From positions 504,954 to 568,953 of the forward strand of contig CM120644.1 in the NCBI GenBank assembly GCA_051362555.1: DNA of 64,000 nucleotides, in the 5' to 3' direction. A program made the position numbers and the translations under genes. Below, one piece after another: positions 12,122 to 25,222 of the stretch. Under the pieces are notes generated by a model. The model searched no databases and was not told the origin of the DNA. It saw only the letters and a program-made list of their open reading frames with translations. This DNA is from Lingula anatina. Its lineage: Eukaryota; Animalia; Brachiopoda. Numbering within the stretch: the stretch's first letter is position 1; the number at the start of each line of letters is the position of its first letter.

Positions 12122-15100
12122 TACCCCCGTCACACTTAATCGGAATCAGCAGGAATTAAGAAGAATGAGGCTGAATGAAGAAGTTTAAGGGGACAGATAG
12201 GGTTAACTACGCTTAAAATCATGTTTTTGAGTTTTTTGTGTGTTTCTATTAATCAAAAAAGTATCTAACGTTGGCTGTAATAATTATTTTGAATTTGCAC
12301 CGCAAAATGTGTCTTTTGATGAGTTTTTCAACCGGCACGCGCCCCAGTCAGGCTGACAACTAAGCCACGCCTCTGTTGCTAAGGGCCGTTGCCATGAGGG
12401 GGGCGGAGCATAGGTAATGAGTTATAAGCCGATTACGTGTGCGGTAATAGGTCATAAGTCTTACATCAGCTAAGCAGTGAAGAAGTCGAGTACGCTATGG
12501 GGAAGAGAAAAGTTCGTGTTAAAAAGCCATTTCCAGAGGAAAGAAAGAAAATTTTGAAAGAGAGTATGCGCGGCGGTTGGGGAAAACCGGTATTTGCTGA
12601 GTCGGATGACGAGAGAGAGAATCTACCTGGAGCGAGCGCTCGTAAGATACTGAAGGACTTAGAACAGCCCTCGGAGTCTTCAGACAGTGCTCGCGAGGAA
12701 GAAACCGTAGCTACTGGGACCTTTAAAAAAACATTTGAACTTCATTAGGCCTATACAGCTTGTTTATTGGGAAGTCCAACGACACAGTAAATCAGTCTTT
12801 TGATTTTTTGTAATGCATATGGAAATAAAATTGGGATTTCTGAGCAAAATGTTATCTAGATTTCAGTAGAAAAAGGCTTCATGTTACATAAAAGAGAATA
12901 ACCTCATGTTAATCTTCATACCTGGTTTAAATCGCACACTATAAGCACTTAGTCATTGTTGCAGGAGTAGATAGACCTAATGTTAAAAAAATGGTAGCCA
13001 AAGACAAAGGCATCAAGATTCCCAAGATTCCTCCATGGAAACCGCATACCCAGTCTAAAAGAAGCGAAAAAAGACCATAGCTGTTGTAAAAATTACATAA
13101 TCATCCTAGTAGGCATACAGAAAGAGAAAAAAGGTTTTTTGATAAAAGTTATATAGTTTGTATATGTAGCTCCCAAAAATTTTTTGCATCATTATACTTA
13201 ATCTGTATACTTGGAGTAAATAAAGAACTATCCCAGGAAAGCCTATTAGATAGAAAAATACAATGCCAACATATTTTACTTTAAACCCTGTTTGTAATTG
13301 GATAAAGGTTTGTACACTTGCAATAAGAAATTTTACCTTATCTTACCTGTCTAATCTCAGCTTTCACCTGGTTGGGTATGATTGCCCTGATAAAAGAAAG
13401 CACATCTGCTGGGAAGCTGTAATGGCATCCGTCCGGCCCAATGTCTTGCTTCTGTATAAAAAAAATTACAAAAAATGAATGTTATAACCAAGTGATAGAA
13501 ACTGGATAAAGTGAACTTCTAATAAAAATCTTATTTGACCTTTTAAAAGTCAGACTCTGTAAAGAAATAGCCCTATACTATTACAAAATACTTTAACCAA
13601 CACATTTTACACGTTTGTAATAAAAAGTGAAAAACAACATTTTTGTCCTAATGTTTTGCAAAGGAACTCATACTGAAGATTGCTATATTAAAAATAACGT
13701 GTTTTTTTTACCTTCAATGCCCTTGCCCAAGAGCTGTAGTGCATGAAACGAATTTTAATGTGTTTTTCCTTTCATTTTTGCGGCTGTGACTGTATGATCT
13801 AATCCTTTTGCGAACTCTTTCCCATCAAACCTAAAAATAAAAGGAAGGTATGATAAATACGACGCACGTGGTACCTCAACACATCAGACTTATTCATAAG
13901 ATAACTTCATTCAGTGCCCTGTGTGATCTAGTATTAGACGCAATCCACGGTAAAATGCCGACGCAACTTTTACATGCTTCAAAAGATTTGAATAGATACT
14001 TTTTTACAATCAACACGTTCGTGGTTTCAAAACTCACCTACACTGAGCCATTTCACTCAAAAGCCTTCTCTCAGCCACTTTTATCGCTGGTTCTTGTGCA
14101 GCTGAGCGTCTCCCCTTTATCTTAGCTGGCATTTTGAGAAATACTGCTATGAGATAATCGCTGGATTTTTCCGTTGATCTGACGATTACCAAGTGTCGTG
14201 CAAAATAATCCTGCAGCGTTACCCGTCAAAAAAACTCGTGTTAACACAAGTGACGGACACTTGCTCTCGACACAGTTTTATCTGATCACTTTGCCGATAA
14301 CAAAGAAGGAATCTCTCAGGTAAAATTACTCGATTGCCGAGGAAGAGCCATTGAAACGATCAAATGCAACTTCACACCTCTTAATTGCGGTTAAACGTAA
14401 TCGCCTTTGTTAGCGCTTCCTTCTACTTATCCTTGACACCCTACGGGGCATCACTAGGCTAGGACCCTCTCCAGAGCTGTCAATCAAAGTGGCGGCACGC
14501 TTACATGCCTAACGAGTGGTCGGAAAATGTAACAAAAGCACGATTTTCTGCCCCTTCAAAGCACCCAAACAAAATATTTTTAGATGACAATAAGCAATGG
14601 TTCCATCTGATCGTATAACCGATAACAGGTAAATTTGCCAGCTAAGCATTTTGACTAATAAGCCCTGTTAACCAACCTGTGAACGTTTTTGGCTGTTTTA
14701 ACAGCTTTCTATATTGACGAGATAAGTGAATTGCTGCCGAGTATATCTCACTATCTGAGCAACCGATCGTTACAAAAGTTGCACCTATTGTTGTTAGGAA
14801 TGTGGACTACAGCATGATATCAGGGGTTTAAGAGGAAATTGTTTGTTTGAAAGTTATCGCCTTTTAAAGTGAATAACCCATTGAAATATGGGCTGATTTA
14901 ACGTAAAAGGTGATAAAATCAAAAGTAAATAGTTAAAGACAATTCCCTGGTACCGCGCTGTAGTGCTTTCACCCAGCTTTATGAGACCTTTTGAATCACT
15001 TGAATAGCTGTCTTGGTTATAGAGAAAATCCCAATACCGAAAACGGCATTTTTCCCCTCAAATTGGCGCCAGAGCGTCATCCGTTGGACACTGTACTTAA

Positions 15101-16188
15101 TCCCCGTCTTTAATTGGCCTTTTGGGAAGTTTGTTTTAATTTTTTATTAAAACTTACAAGCCCAGGGCTTTGTTTCTATGACTTTGGTCCTTTTACTATA
15201 AGTCCCCTTAAAAATTCGCACCACATTCGGGAAAAAAGTTCAAATTGATCTTAATTCTTGTAAGAGTATCGTTGGAATACTCAATATGCGCTTGAATTCG
15301 CCTGGAATGAAAAGTGCACTTTCGGCTGTATTAGCTCTCAAATGCAGTTCGAATGTAGTTGGAAAACTAGGAATATCTATAATGCTGTCAGAAGGCAGTA
15401 AGAATATTTAGAATATACTTTGAATGGCGTACTAGTGTAGTTCGATTGCTGGCAAAATTAATATTTCAGCTCATCCGAGGCACATTCGAAACATTCTGGC
15501 GGGATTTTATACCCCCGTCAAACTAGAGGCGGAATGATTAAGAATGGCGTCGGAAATACAATTCTTTGTGCATTCCTGGATATTCGAAGAGCATTCTAAA
15601 AATTGCGAGTGCATTCCAAATATTTTTACACATTCTTGTGGCCGGCTCGAATGTTTTTGTCATGTCAAAAACTTTCGAAGTGCATTCCAACTGGAAAATT
15701 ATCGAATGGCATTTGAACAGTATTCTAACTGCACTATGACTGCATTCTAAATATTCTCACGGCATTCTGACAGCGTTCGAAACATTCTGATCAGTTACCA
15801 TTCCAGTGGCGTTATTTATACACTCTGGGCATCGTGTTACATTCTAAACATGTTAGAAAGTAATTTTAAGTATTATAGGTATTTCAGCTGCATTCTGTTT
15901 GAATTCTTTATAATTCAAACGATCATTGGCAGCCATACCGGGAGCATTTTGATTGCATTTGAGTTTGCTTCGTATATCATTCGAGGTACCTTCTTACATA
16001 CTTCAGCCTGTATTCGGCAAGCAGTCAAACCACACTCGAACGGCATTTGAATTTCATTCGGAATATTCTGACTGCATTCTAACAACATTCGCAAATTCCC
16101 CACCCGGTTGTGGCACGAATTTTCAATTAATTTATTCTGGCTGGTTCTGTTTGATTCCTACTGGTTCCAGATAAGTGTGACGGGGGCC
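12122..16188. mobile_element. Harbinger-like non-autonomous element interrupted by a 3-kb insertion
   Basis: TIR cccccgtcacactta (12124-12138) / taagtgtgacggggg (16172-16186), TAA/TTA flanks, GAAT/ATTC-rich body at 15212-16170. Confidence 0.65.
12189..15207. mobile_element. Kolobok-like DNA transposon (degenerate, 3.0 kb)
   Basis: TTAA at 12185-12188 and 15208-15211; imperfect TIR ggggac(ag/tt)atag. GG termini with TTAA favour Kolobok over piggyBac. Contains a short + ORF (12497-12748) and candidate - strand exons. Confidence 0.7.
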
Positions 16189-16521
16189 TTAAGTCACGTG
16201 CCAGTTCGAATATCCCTCGTATGTGATCAGAATGTTTCGAATGTTGCCAGAATGCAGTGAGAATATTTAAAATGCAGTCATAGTGTAGATAGAATACTAT
16301 TCAAATTCCATTCAATAATTTTCCACTTGGAATGCACTTCGAAAGTTTTTAACATTCGGGCCGACCACAATAATGGGTAAAAATATTTGAAATGCACTCG
16401 GAATTTTTAGAATGCTCTTTGAATATCCAGGAATGCACAAAGAATTGTCTTTTCGACGGCATTCTTGCTCATTCTGCCTCTAGTGTGACAGCTTCATGAA
16501 ACGGGCCCCAGGATATCTGAA

Positions 16522-16779
16522 GGACCATTCCCAGACCCTATTGTGCTAACTGTGTATCAATCTATCTCCAAGGGGATTCTCACTAAATGGTAAGCAACTT
16601 AAGCGGCTTTGATGTCTGTCACGCTTCTGAAGCTGCTAGGGGTAACTAATTATCGTTTAGCAGCTTCAGTATGCGTGTCAGACATCTAAGCTTACGCTTA
16701 AGCTTAAGCTGAAAGCGATTTAGCGAGAAACTCCTCGGAGATGGATCGACCCTGTTAGATCGATTTAGGTATGGGAACC
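16522..16779. mobile_element. Fold-back MITE (tagatcgatc family)
   Basis: ctcactaaatgg...ttagcgaga arms; tagatcgatttaggtatgggaacc end. Confidence 0.65.
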
Positions 16780-16780
16780 A

Positions 16781-16928
16781 CACACACCAAGGCATGTTCA
16801 GAAAGCAGCGAGCAGTTTGTTACAATTTAACCATATTAAGAGCAGTTCGTTACAAGGTAATCAAATTACGAGAAGTTTCTTACAAAGTAATCAAATTACG
16901 AGCGGTTTGTTACAAAGTAATCATTTTA
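16781..16928 (+). repeat. Displaced copy of the start of the 30-bp minisatellite (~4 units)
   Basis: cacacaccaaggcatgttcagaaagcagcgagcagtttgttac matches 9716-9760. Confidence 0.85.
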
Positions 16929-17075
16929 AATCTCAGGGACAAAATATGGCTTTGGTTTCCTGTCAGGTTTAGAAAACACAAGGAGAAGAAATTCACCGAC
17001 CCGGTGTAATGGAACAGAGGGTGTGTGTTGCAGAAAACCCGCCCTCCATTTAGTAAAAACGGTTAGGGTTAGACT

Positions 17076-17325
17076 GGGTTCCCATACCTAGATCGATCTA
17101 ACAGGATTGAGCCATCCCCAAGGGATATCTCGCTAAATTGCTTTCAGTTAAAGCTGCTTAGATGTCTGCCTCGCTTACCGAAGCTGCAAAACGATAATTA
17201 ATTACTCCCTAGCAGATTCAGTAGGCATGGCAGAGATGTAACCAGCTTTTGTTGATTGCAATTTAGCGAGAATTCCCTTGGAGATAGATAGATCCACAGT
17301 CATTACGACAGGGTCTCGGAATGGC
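17076..17325. mobile_element. Fold-back MITE (tagatcgatc family) inside a HINE-like repeat
   Basis: gggttcccatacctagatcgatc start; ctcgctaaattg / caatttagcgag arms. Inverted relative to 16522-16779. Confidence 0.65.
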
Positions 17326-18593
17326 CTGACCTAATTAGTGGGTCAAAATCTAGGGCGAGGTTTCCTGTAAAAATAAATGGACAGCGGACTCTCATATAAG
17401 TGTTGTAATCGTTGCTATCACTAATTGGTCCTATTTAACTTTTAAGATAAAACTTTCGTGTAATGTTAAGATAATTTGCGACCACTACATTGGATATAAA
17501 ACCAGGCAACAGCCTGGAAATAATCAGAGTATAGTTTTTATAATGAAGCTGTGGTGTTGTTACTTTTCTCTCCGGGCATAACCCAAGTCGGGGAATACTG
17601 TACCGAACCATAAAACTTCAGTAGACGGATTAGAGCTCTTTGAGTAAAATATACCCCGCGGTATCTTTAAGAACTCAATACAAAAAGGGCGTAATAAAGT
17701 GAGATTTAGTTATTAGTAATTGCTACACGAAAGTTAAATAGGACCAATTAAAGTTACAATACCAATATGAGCCGCGTGCCCATGGCCGGGACTCAATTAA
17801 AATCAATTAATATTTTATCAGAAATTTTCTGCGATCTGCACACGGGGGACACTCTGTCACGTTACACCAGTGTAAAAGGAATGGTAGTCCTAGTAACGCA
17901 AGTATTTGTAACTAGTTTAACCTACGGCTTGGGCTTCGAAAACTAAGATGAACGCAAGCGAGCTACGAGTGAAAAAATTTATCCTTTTGTTCCAAGCGCA
18001 GGTGACAGGAATGGGAAACAACTTACCACATTCCAGTCACACTTAGAAAAAGACTTTGCTAACAGCCTAAGTGAATTTTATGTGACCAAAATTGCACATT
18101 TGACTAACTTCACCTGCCACCCACATACCTGCCATATAATATGGAATATTTTTTCAAACTATTTATTTACAATTTTTCCTACTTTTCTATACTTACAAAT
18201 GATAACAATTAAGTTTTAAATCTTGTTTTAATAACTTTTAGTGATCTATGCAGTGTATTTGTCATATCGGCTCTTAAATTGAAGTCGAACCGTTCAAAGC
18301 GTTATTTCAATCTCCATATTTTCAAAATTATCATCTGTGAAAGAGTTATATGCTTCAAAAAGGACGCTCATATCAGTGTCTATTCACAGCAACGGCCATC
18401 GGTGCGTCTGGCCTCATCTGGCTGCTACTGGCGCTCTCAAGGTATTGCTTCTAACAGGTTTCTTGGGATTTGAACTGGGATAATATTCCAGGAATCGATC
18501 AGAGATTGTCCAATATTGTTCAAATTTGTTGTAGGACCAGTAGGCCGTTGATTCGGCGAGTACCAGCGACTGTCAGATTGTACAGACCTCCAA

Positions 18594-18700
18594 TGTGGCG
18601 ATCTTGATGGTCGCGGTAGTTGCTCAGACCCTTGGTTCTGCAAGTAATCTGCAAATACAGTTGCTATGCGTGGACGGACATTTTCATCTTGTAATTTGCA
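18594..18700 (-). mobile_element. Tc1 transposase fragment (second-Asp region)
   Basis: Minus-strand LQDENVRPRIATVFADYLQNQGSEQLPRPSRSP resembles Tc1 QDDNARPH...LPWPARSP. Confidence 0.65.
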
Positions 18701-19145
18701 ATTGTACCTAAGGTGTACATTAGCAAATGCTGGGGGGGGGGGGGGGGGCAGCTGGTTCCAAAATCTCTCTGTATTTGTTCTGGTTCAGGTCTCTAACGGT
18801 GACTACAAATGAAGATTTGGCACCAACGTGAATTGGACCCCAAATCCAAAATTCCCACCGCCCCAAGATAAAATTTGACCTCATATGTTAAAGCTGAATA
18901 TTGCCAGTGCTGTGCCCAGAAACGTTAATGGTTCCCATTGCGAAAATATACCTGATATATTAACCTCCTCAGACCAGTCTGACGCTTACAAAAGGCCTTG
19001 AAAACGTTTTTTGAGGCAAATTTGCCCCTCTTTCTGGTGAGAACAGGTTGTTTTTGTTTATTTGTAGCAGCCAAACCGTAGGAACAATGGATCCTTCCGA
19101 TCCATCGCCCTTCCGACCATTTACTCTTAACACCGTGTAAGGATT

Positions 19146-21145
19146 AATAATAATAATAATAATAAGATTCTTATATGGCGCCTTACAATAATGGATAATA
19201 TACTGAAATAATTAAAATGACTATAATATTTTAATCTAAAACGCTCATTGGAAACCATTTAAAATTTACACTACTAAAATAAATATATATATATATGGCC
19301 GCAAAAGTGTGGGTTTTTAAAAGAGATTTAGAATTGTCAAAGTCTTCTGTTTTTTCTAATAAAATTTGGTATGGCATTCTACACTTTTGGGGCGTAGATT
19401 ATAAAAGCACGGTCTCCATAACTTTTGAGGCACCCCTTCTCTAAAATAAAATCATTCTCAATATTAAAACGTGTAGACCACTGTGGTAAGTTAAAACAGA
19501 TAAGATCAGATAAATTTAATAGTCCTTGTAAATGGATCGCCTTAAAAATAATACAAAGTATTTTAAAATCAATCCTCTGCTTCACAGGCAGCCAGTGTAA
19601 TTCTTTTAGAATGGGAGTGATATGGTGTGTACTATTGCACTTAATTTGACAAACCAGTCTTGCAGCTGAGTTTTGAATAACTTGTAACTTTTTAATCTGA
19701 TAGTCACAAATACAAAAGAGGAGACTATTGCAGTAATTTAATCTTGATGATATAAATGGATGTACTAATTTTTCAGTGGTTTTGTTATTTAACACTTCCC
19801 TTATTTTTCCAATGCGCCATAGTGCATAAGATGCTGATTTACACACTTCAGATACACGCTTTCCATAGTGCCTTTTTCATCGAGGGTAACTCCCAGATCT
19901 TTTTACAGATTAGATGGTTTTATAAGAACATCTCCTATGCAAATGTTAGCATTTGCTGCATTTTTCCTATTTGCCTTGAACCTTGATGTAAACCATATCA
20001 ACTCAGTCTTACTATCATTTAAAGCCAACATGTTCACTTTCATCCATTCTCGAATCTCTGCAAGACAAGTCTCCATAGAAGTGATTGTTGCAGACCGGCT
20101 GCTCTTGCATGTAATGTATATACTTATGTGTTATCTGCAAAAATAACAGTGTTCAGACCATGCTTTAGTATGATATCTTCTACAGGTAACATGTATAATG
20201 AGAATAGGATTGGACCTAACACAGACCCTTGTGGGACACCATACTCCAAGTTAACTGGCTGAGATAAAACTGACTCTATTGGAACCCTTTGTGTTCTGCT
20301 TTTCAGGTATGAGGTAAACCAACTAAGTGCAAGTCCACTCACTCTAAAGCGATGCTGCAACCTGTGAAGAAGAATATTATGACCTATGGTATCAAAAGCT
20401 GCTGAAATGTCTAGAAGAACTAAAATGACATCTTTTTGTTTATCCAGGGCAAGCATTATGTCATTGTGGGCTCGAAATAAGAGCTGTCTCAGTGCTGTGG
20501 CCTTCTCTATAGGCAGACTGAAATTTCCCAAGGATATTATTTTCAGCCAGATAGCTGCTTAGTTGGGAACATGTCATTTTTTCAAGAAATTTACCTAAAA
20601 AGGGTAGATTTGATATTGGTCTTTAGTTTTTCAGGACATTTTTACACAGCCCTTGTTTTTTCAGTAATGGTCTAACAATTGCAGTTTTGCAGTTTGATGG
20701 AAAGATACCTGTTGAGAAAGACAGATTTACTAATCTCAGGAGAACCGGAGATAACACATTAATACACTCTTTCACTATATGTGTTGGCATGGGATCCAGA
20801 GCACAAAACTTAAAATTCATCCCCTTTATAACAGAGATAATATCCTTCTCTGAGACCGGTAGGAAATGGCTCAGTTGGACCCCACCACCCTGACTGGCAC
20901 ACCGGTCTTGAAATTCACTCGGTGATGGATCTGATTCTGAGGATCCTGTGATAGAATTTTGAGTTAAGTCCTTACGAATATCCTTGATCCGGTTTGTGAA
21001 GAAATCTGCAAAAACTTGAGGAAGTGTTGACATTTCCATGTCAGGAAGCACACTTGGCTGGCTTAACTTAGATTCTGAAATCTTGTCCACAATCCTAAAG
21101 AGTTCCCTTTGATCAGCACCTTCAATACAGGTCCGATGGAAATCA

Positions 21146-21176
<31 letters not shown>

Positions 21177-22710
21177 TTTCAAGGAGGGTGTGATAGTTAG
21201 CTTTGGCAGTTTTAAATAATTCCCGGTGTATTTCCAATTTTGAATTGTACCACTGACGTTCAATCTTCTTGATCTTTTTCCTCTCTTCGCTTAGTTCAGA
21301 TGTAAACCATTCAGCCCTCTGTTTCACCACCTTGACTCTGGTCTGCATTGGTGCAATGTCCTCCATGATCTTGGATATAGACGTATTACACAGATCAACT
21401 AAGGTACTTGGATCTGTGGTCTGTACGGCATCCTCAAAAACATGTTTAAACGCATCGTTTAGGATTACTGGATCAAGTTTTGAGATATCTCTACGTTGGG
21501 TGACTCTTTTTGACTCTTTTTGAAGGTTCCGGGCATGCAAGGTCTGCCACAAAGTAGATTGCAGCATGGTCTGAAGGAAGGCTGTGGTCTAAAGTAAAAC
21601 TTTGAAGGCAGAAGTCGGTGCGAGTCAGCACTAAGTCTAGGATATGTCCCTTTGAGTGGGTGGCTGTTCTGATGTGTTGAGTCAAACTCATTGATTCAAT
21701 CAGCTCCTTAAACCTCCTAACATCGCTGCATATCTCGTTATCCATGTGGATATTAAAATCTCCAGCTATTACCAGGCGACCTGGAGAGAACAGATCAGCA
21801 CCTTCTGAAAGCTTGGAAAATTCGTCTACGAAGCTAGATACGGTGTACTTGTGCTTCTTTGAGTAGGGTGGACGGTATATCAGAATCAAATGCAGCATAT
21901 CTTTCCGGGTGGAGACATTCACATCAAGGAATTCAAAACATTTTAACTCTGACGCCTCTTTTTTCACAACTTTCATGTTGGACCGTGTCATAATGGCAAT
22001 GCCACCACCTTTCCGGTGATTCCTAGGTGAGTGATGACTTGTATAGCCACTGAAAGAGGAGTTAAAGTCAGCATCAAAGAAATTGCAGTTTTTACTATTT
22101 ATCCATGTTTCTGTTAGCATGAAAATGTCTGTATTATGCTGGTCTATAGAGTCACATAAATGGGGCACCTTGTCAACCACGGATCTGGCATTCCAAAGAG
22201 ACATTTTGATGTTATTGTCTAGATGATATGAAGATACACATTTTATGGTACACAAAGTTTTTGGTCTCTTCTTTGTTGATAATGACAGGTAATTGTCTCT
22301 GCTTATCACTGCCTGCCCTGCAGCCCCTGTGTGTTGGTAATACAGGGCTTATACCACTTGTTCTATTGTCCTGAAAAGGCTCCCGGGCAATACCGCATTA
22401 CTGTCTGTAACTTTCCTGCCAATTTCATGCAGTCTGTTCATTGAGAATCTCATCTTGGGTTGTTGTCACGGTAGTACTGAAATATCCAGGTGGTCCTTGC
22501 TATATTTGTAAGCAACAATCTCAGAAAGGCTTGGAAAAATTCTCCAAGTGACTAGAATGTCCATAAAGTGTCCAAAAGAGTCCTGGTGTATTCATAAACG
22601 TATTCCGTGGAAGATTTCCCTCCAAAACCCACACTTTCAATAAAAAACAGTAAAGTTTGTCAGAGATCATTAGCAGGGCTGCTGCAGGTGCGCACCTTGG
22701 CCTTGACCTG
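19146..22710 (-). mobile_element. Degenerate L2/CR1-group LINE (APE endonuclease + RT)
   Basis: EN motifs WNARS, LTETW, GDFN, SDH (21491-22309). RT motifs LLDISAAFDTI, GVPQGSVLGP, FADNT (20124-20531). L2-type C-terminus HITPILKELHWLPVKQRIDFKIL (19379-19846). (ATT)n tail at 19146-19163. Several frameshifts; 5' boundary approximate. Confidence 0.92.
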
Positions 22711-23390
22711 TGGCATATGGTGACATTTTTTAAAGCCGGGAATGGAATTTACTATCCAGCTTAACATAAAAGGAAACTCAATTGCAAGATTTCTCCTTTT
22801 CAAAAAATGTGAATAGAATTCTTATAAATGATTTTTTTTTTCAAAATGAGTGAAGTAACACTTAATTTTGACATTATTTGTTTCGAGACATTTTCCTGTT
22901 TTAATCATTTTTTCTTTCCTTTTACTAGCATCTACTATTTTTTTAAAGTTGTACTGTAAAATCCACTGAACAAACTTAGCTTTTAGACTCAAAATAATAT
23001 TATTAATAATAATATTAATAATAATAATAAGTAAGTTTCCTAACATCTGCTGGTCCGAATCAGAATTCACTGGTCCGAATAAAAATGTCAATAAGATTGG
23101 ATGTCTTCCCCAATTGCATTAATATTAATGAAAATAACACCTTGGTTGATTTATTTATTTATTTATTTATTGTTTTAGAACCAACATGTAACAGTTACAT
23201 TTCAGAAAATATTAAAACTAAAAGAAAGCTCTTTTGAAAAAATACTGAAAAATCTAATGGCCAAGTTGGACACTATTAATTCACACTTTCTGAAATACAT
23301 GTACTGTTCCAAACAAAATTTTCCAGGCCGCGGGCGGGGGAACAGTGGCTTACGTCGCAGACTGGTGCAGTGTACTAAAGTCAGAGGATC

Positions 23391-24599
23391 TCAGAGGATC
23401 GTACTCCAGTAATTAAGTATTCGTGTCATAAACCGCAGATCATCAGGGGGTTTGCATGTACCGTACCAACTACGTATATCCTGGGCGCTGTAGGATTTCA
23501 CTGGTTCCGTTGGAGAGTGAAGCTTGGCACAAATATCACAATAACCACGAATCCAAGAAGAGACTTGAATTCCAGCCTTTGATTGCAACAACTTGGCATA
23601 TGCAACGTCGTCTTTATCAAGTTCTTTCAGTCTGTGTGCCAGCTCTTTGGGAGACTTAAAGTCGTGTGTGTCTATGTGCCAGGACGGAGGGATGCCAAGA
23701 CGCGTGTAGTTGGCACCTGAACGTGTGACCGGGATAACGTCCAATGGGAGGATTTTATATAATTTTTCTGTGATATAATCCGTGGCAAAACTATTTTCAA
23801 AAGAAAGATAAAATTTGTAAGTTTTGTTAAACATATCGTTACATTTAGCTTCCCTGTCCCGTCCACATTTGAATGTCCCACAACGCCCATAAATGTCCAC
23901 GCTCATATATTTCTGTAATTCCTTTACGTATTCCATACGTCGACTTCGACAATTACAATTGCTGACTGCCCAGGCCGCTAATTTAGTTTTGCTTCTGGCA
24001 ACTGATAGAAAAGCCCTTTCCCTGGTTTCCTTGTGGTTTTTGTCAAGGAGGGGGAATCCGTATGGACTGTAGATGTCGCTGTCCTTCCTGTAAGTCATCG
24101 TCCAGTTAAACGTCCAATCACTGTCTAAGTGCGAGTGACATGGACTCTCGTGATTGGTCCATATCCACCGTGCTTTGGGATTCCGTTTTTCTGGTTTTCT
24201 GCCTAACGCCTTACCCATGAAAATGATGGCATCAGCATCGTAGGCAGCACTCTTATCCTCCGTCACCTTACAGTTACCCACGGGGCACTTCAAATCCTCA
24301 AATGAGGCGTGATATCTTTTCAACCCGAAGTAATTAAAACCAGAAGATCTAGGAATCCAATATAAAATAATTTTAACATCCTTCGATGAATCTGAAATGC
24401 TCGTTGCATTAACTGGTGGTGTTGGACGTTTCTGAAATCCGCTGTTGTTATGATTTCTATAATTTGGTTGTGGTGAGATAAACCTTGACGAAGTAACGGT
24501 TTTATAAGTTTCTGTTAACAGAAGCATCCCAAAGAGGAGTGAGGACACGATGATTGTAATCAAGCCGTTTTGTAACACTATCTTCACATTAATTGTCAT
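23391..24599 (-). CDS. Alpha-1,3-fucosyltransferase, GT10 (copy 2)
   Basis: 402-aa ORF with TM anchor and YKFYLSFENSFATDYITEK. Confidence 0.95.
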   Translation of the reverse strand: MTINVKIVLQNGLITIIVSSLLFGMLLLTETYKTVTSSRFISPQPNYRNHNNSGFQKRPTPPVNATSISDSSKDVKIILYWIPRSSGFNYFGLKRYHASFEDLKCPVGNCKVTEDKSAAYDADAIIFMGKALGRKPEKRNPKARWIWTNHESPCHSHLDSDWTFNWTMTYRKDSDIYSPYGFPLLDKNHKETRERAFLSVARSKTKLAAWAVSNCNCRSRRMEYVKELQKYMSVDIYGRCGTFKCGRDREAKCNDMFNKTYKFYLSFENSFATDYITEKLYKILPLDVIPVTRSGANYTRLGIPPSWHIDTHDFKSPKELAHRLKELDKDDVAYAKLLQSKAGIQVSSWIRGYCDICAKLHSPTEPVKSYSAQDIRSWYGTCKPPDDLRFMTRILNYWSTIL

Positions 24600-24604
24600 G
24601 GCTG

Positions 24605-24862
24605 TGTAACGTTAGTAAGTGACAGCATGCAGCGAATAAGAGCGGGGAGTGTTTTGTAGTGTCACTTTAGTTGATTGACACGACCTTATTGTACTTAAGC
24701 GAAGAATGTAATGTAGACGGGGAGAACGATGTAAGAGGCTGAACGATGAGGAACAAACTGTAGATAGCGTAGTTAGAAAGCGATAATAAAGAATATGGGA
24801 AAACATGGAATTCTTTAGTTATTACCTCGCGCCACCAAGACAAAGTCAGTGCCGTCGTCACA
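24605..24862. mobile_element. Solo LTR (258 bp) just upstream of the copy 2 start codon
   Basis: TGTAACG...CGTCACA termini, 4-bp TSD gctg (24601-24604, 24863-24866), internal AATAAA. Copy 1 has the empty site ctgtccagccATG. Confidence 0.8.
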
Positions 24863-25069
24863 GCTGGACAGAAGATCTTCATAGGTACCAGTACGATGAA
24901 TGCCGCAAATGCCTCAGCTGTTTGTTGTTCGACTTTGTACAGGGAAATTCTTTTTATAGACATGAATTGCTATGATTTGCAATGACTAACAAGCGGAAGT
25001 CACCACGTTTGCTGAACCAAAAACTATAGAGTGAACTGAAAATCATCTCCAATATGTCCTTTATCTTGG

Positions 25070-25222
25070 TAGACAGACTTTTACATAAATCCATCTTGAC
25101 GAAGATGTCCAACTATCCAAATAGACGACAGGCTTTTATATAAATCCTTCTTGACGAAGATGTCCAACTATCCAAATAGCTGACAAGCTTTTATATAATT
25201 CCTTCCTGTAGATGTCCAACTA
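25070..25222 (-). repeat. 55-bp leader repeat (~3 units)
   Basis: tcttgacgaagatgtccaactatccaaatag units. Confidence 0.85.

Noticed and set aside
15544-16174. Cluster of short ORFs
   Set aside because: GAAT/ATTC-rich interior of a non-autonomous element; no transposase motifs.
17930-18230. Possible LINE 3' end fragment
   Set aside because: Too degenerate to call from sequence alone.
21146-21173. Poly-lysine run in the LINE ORF
   Set aside because: Homopolymer expansion in an already frameshifted element; length may also be a sequencing error.
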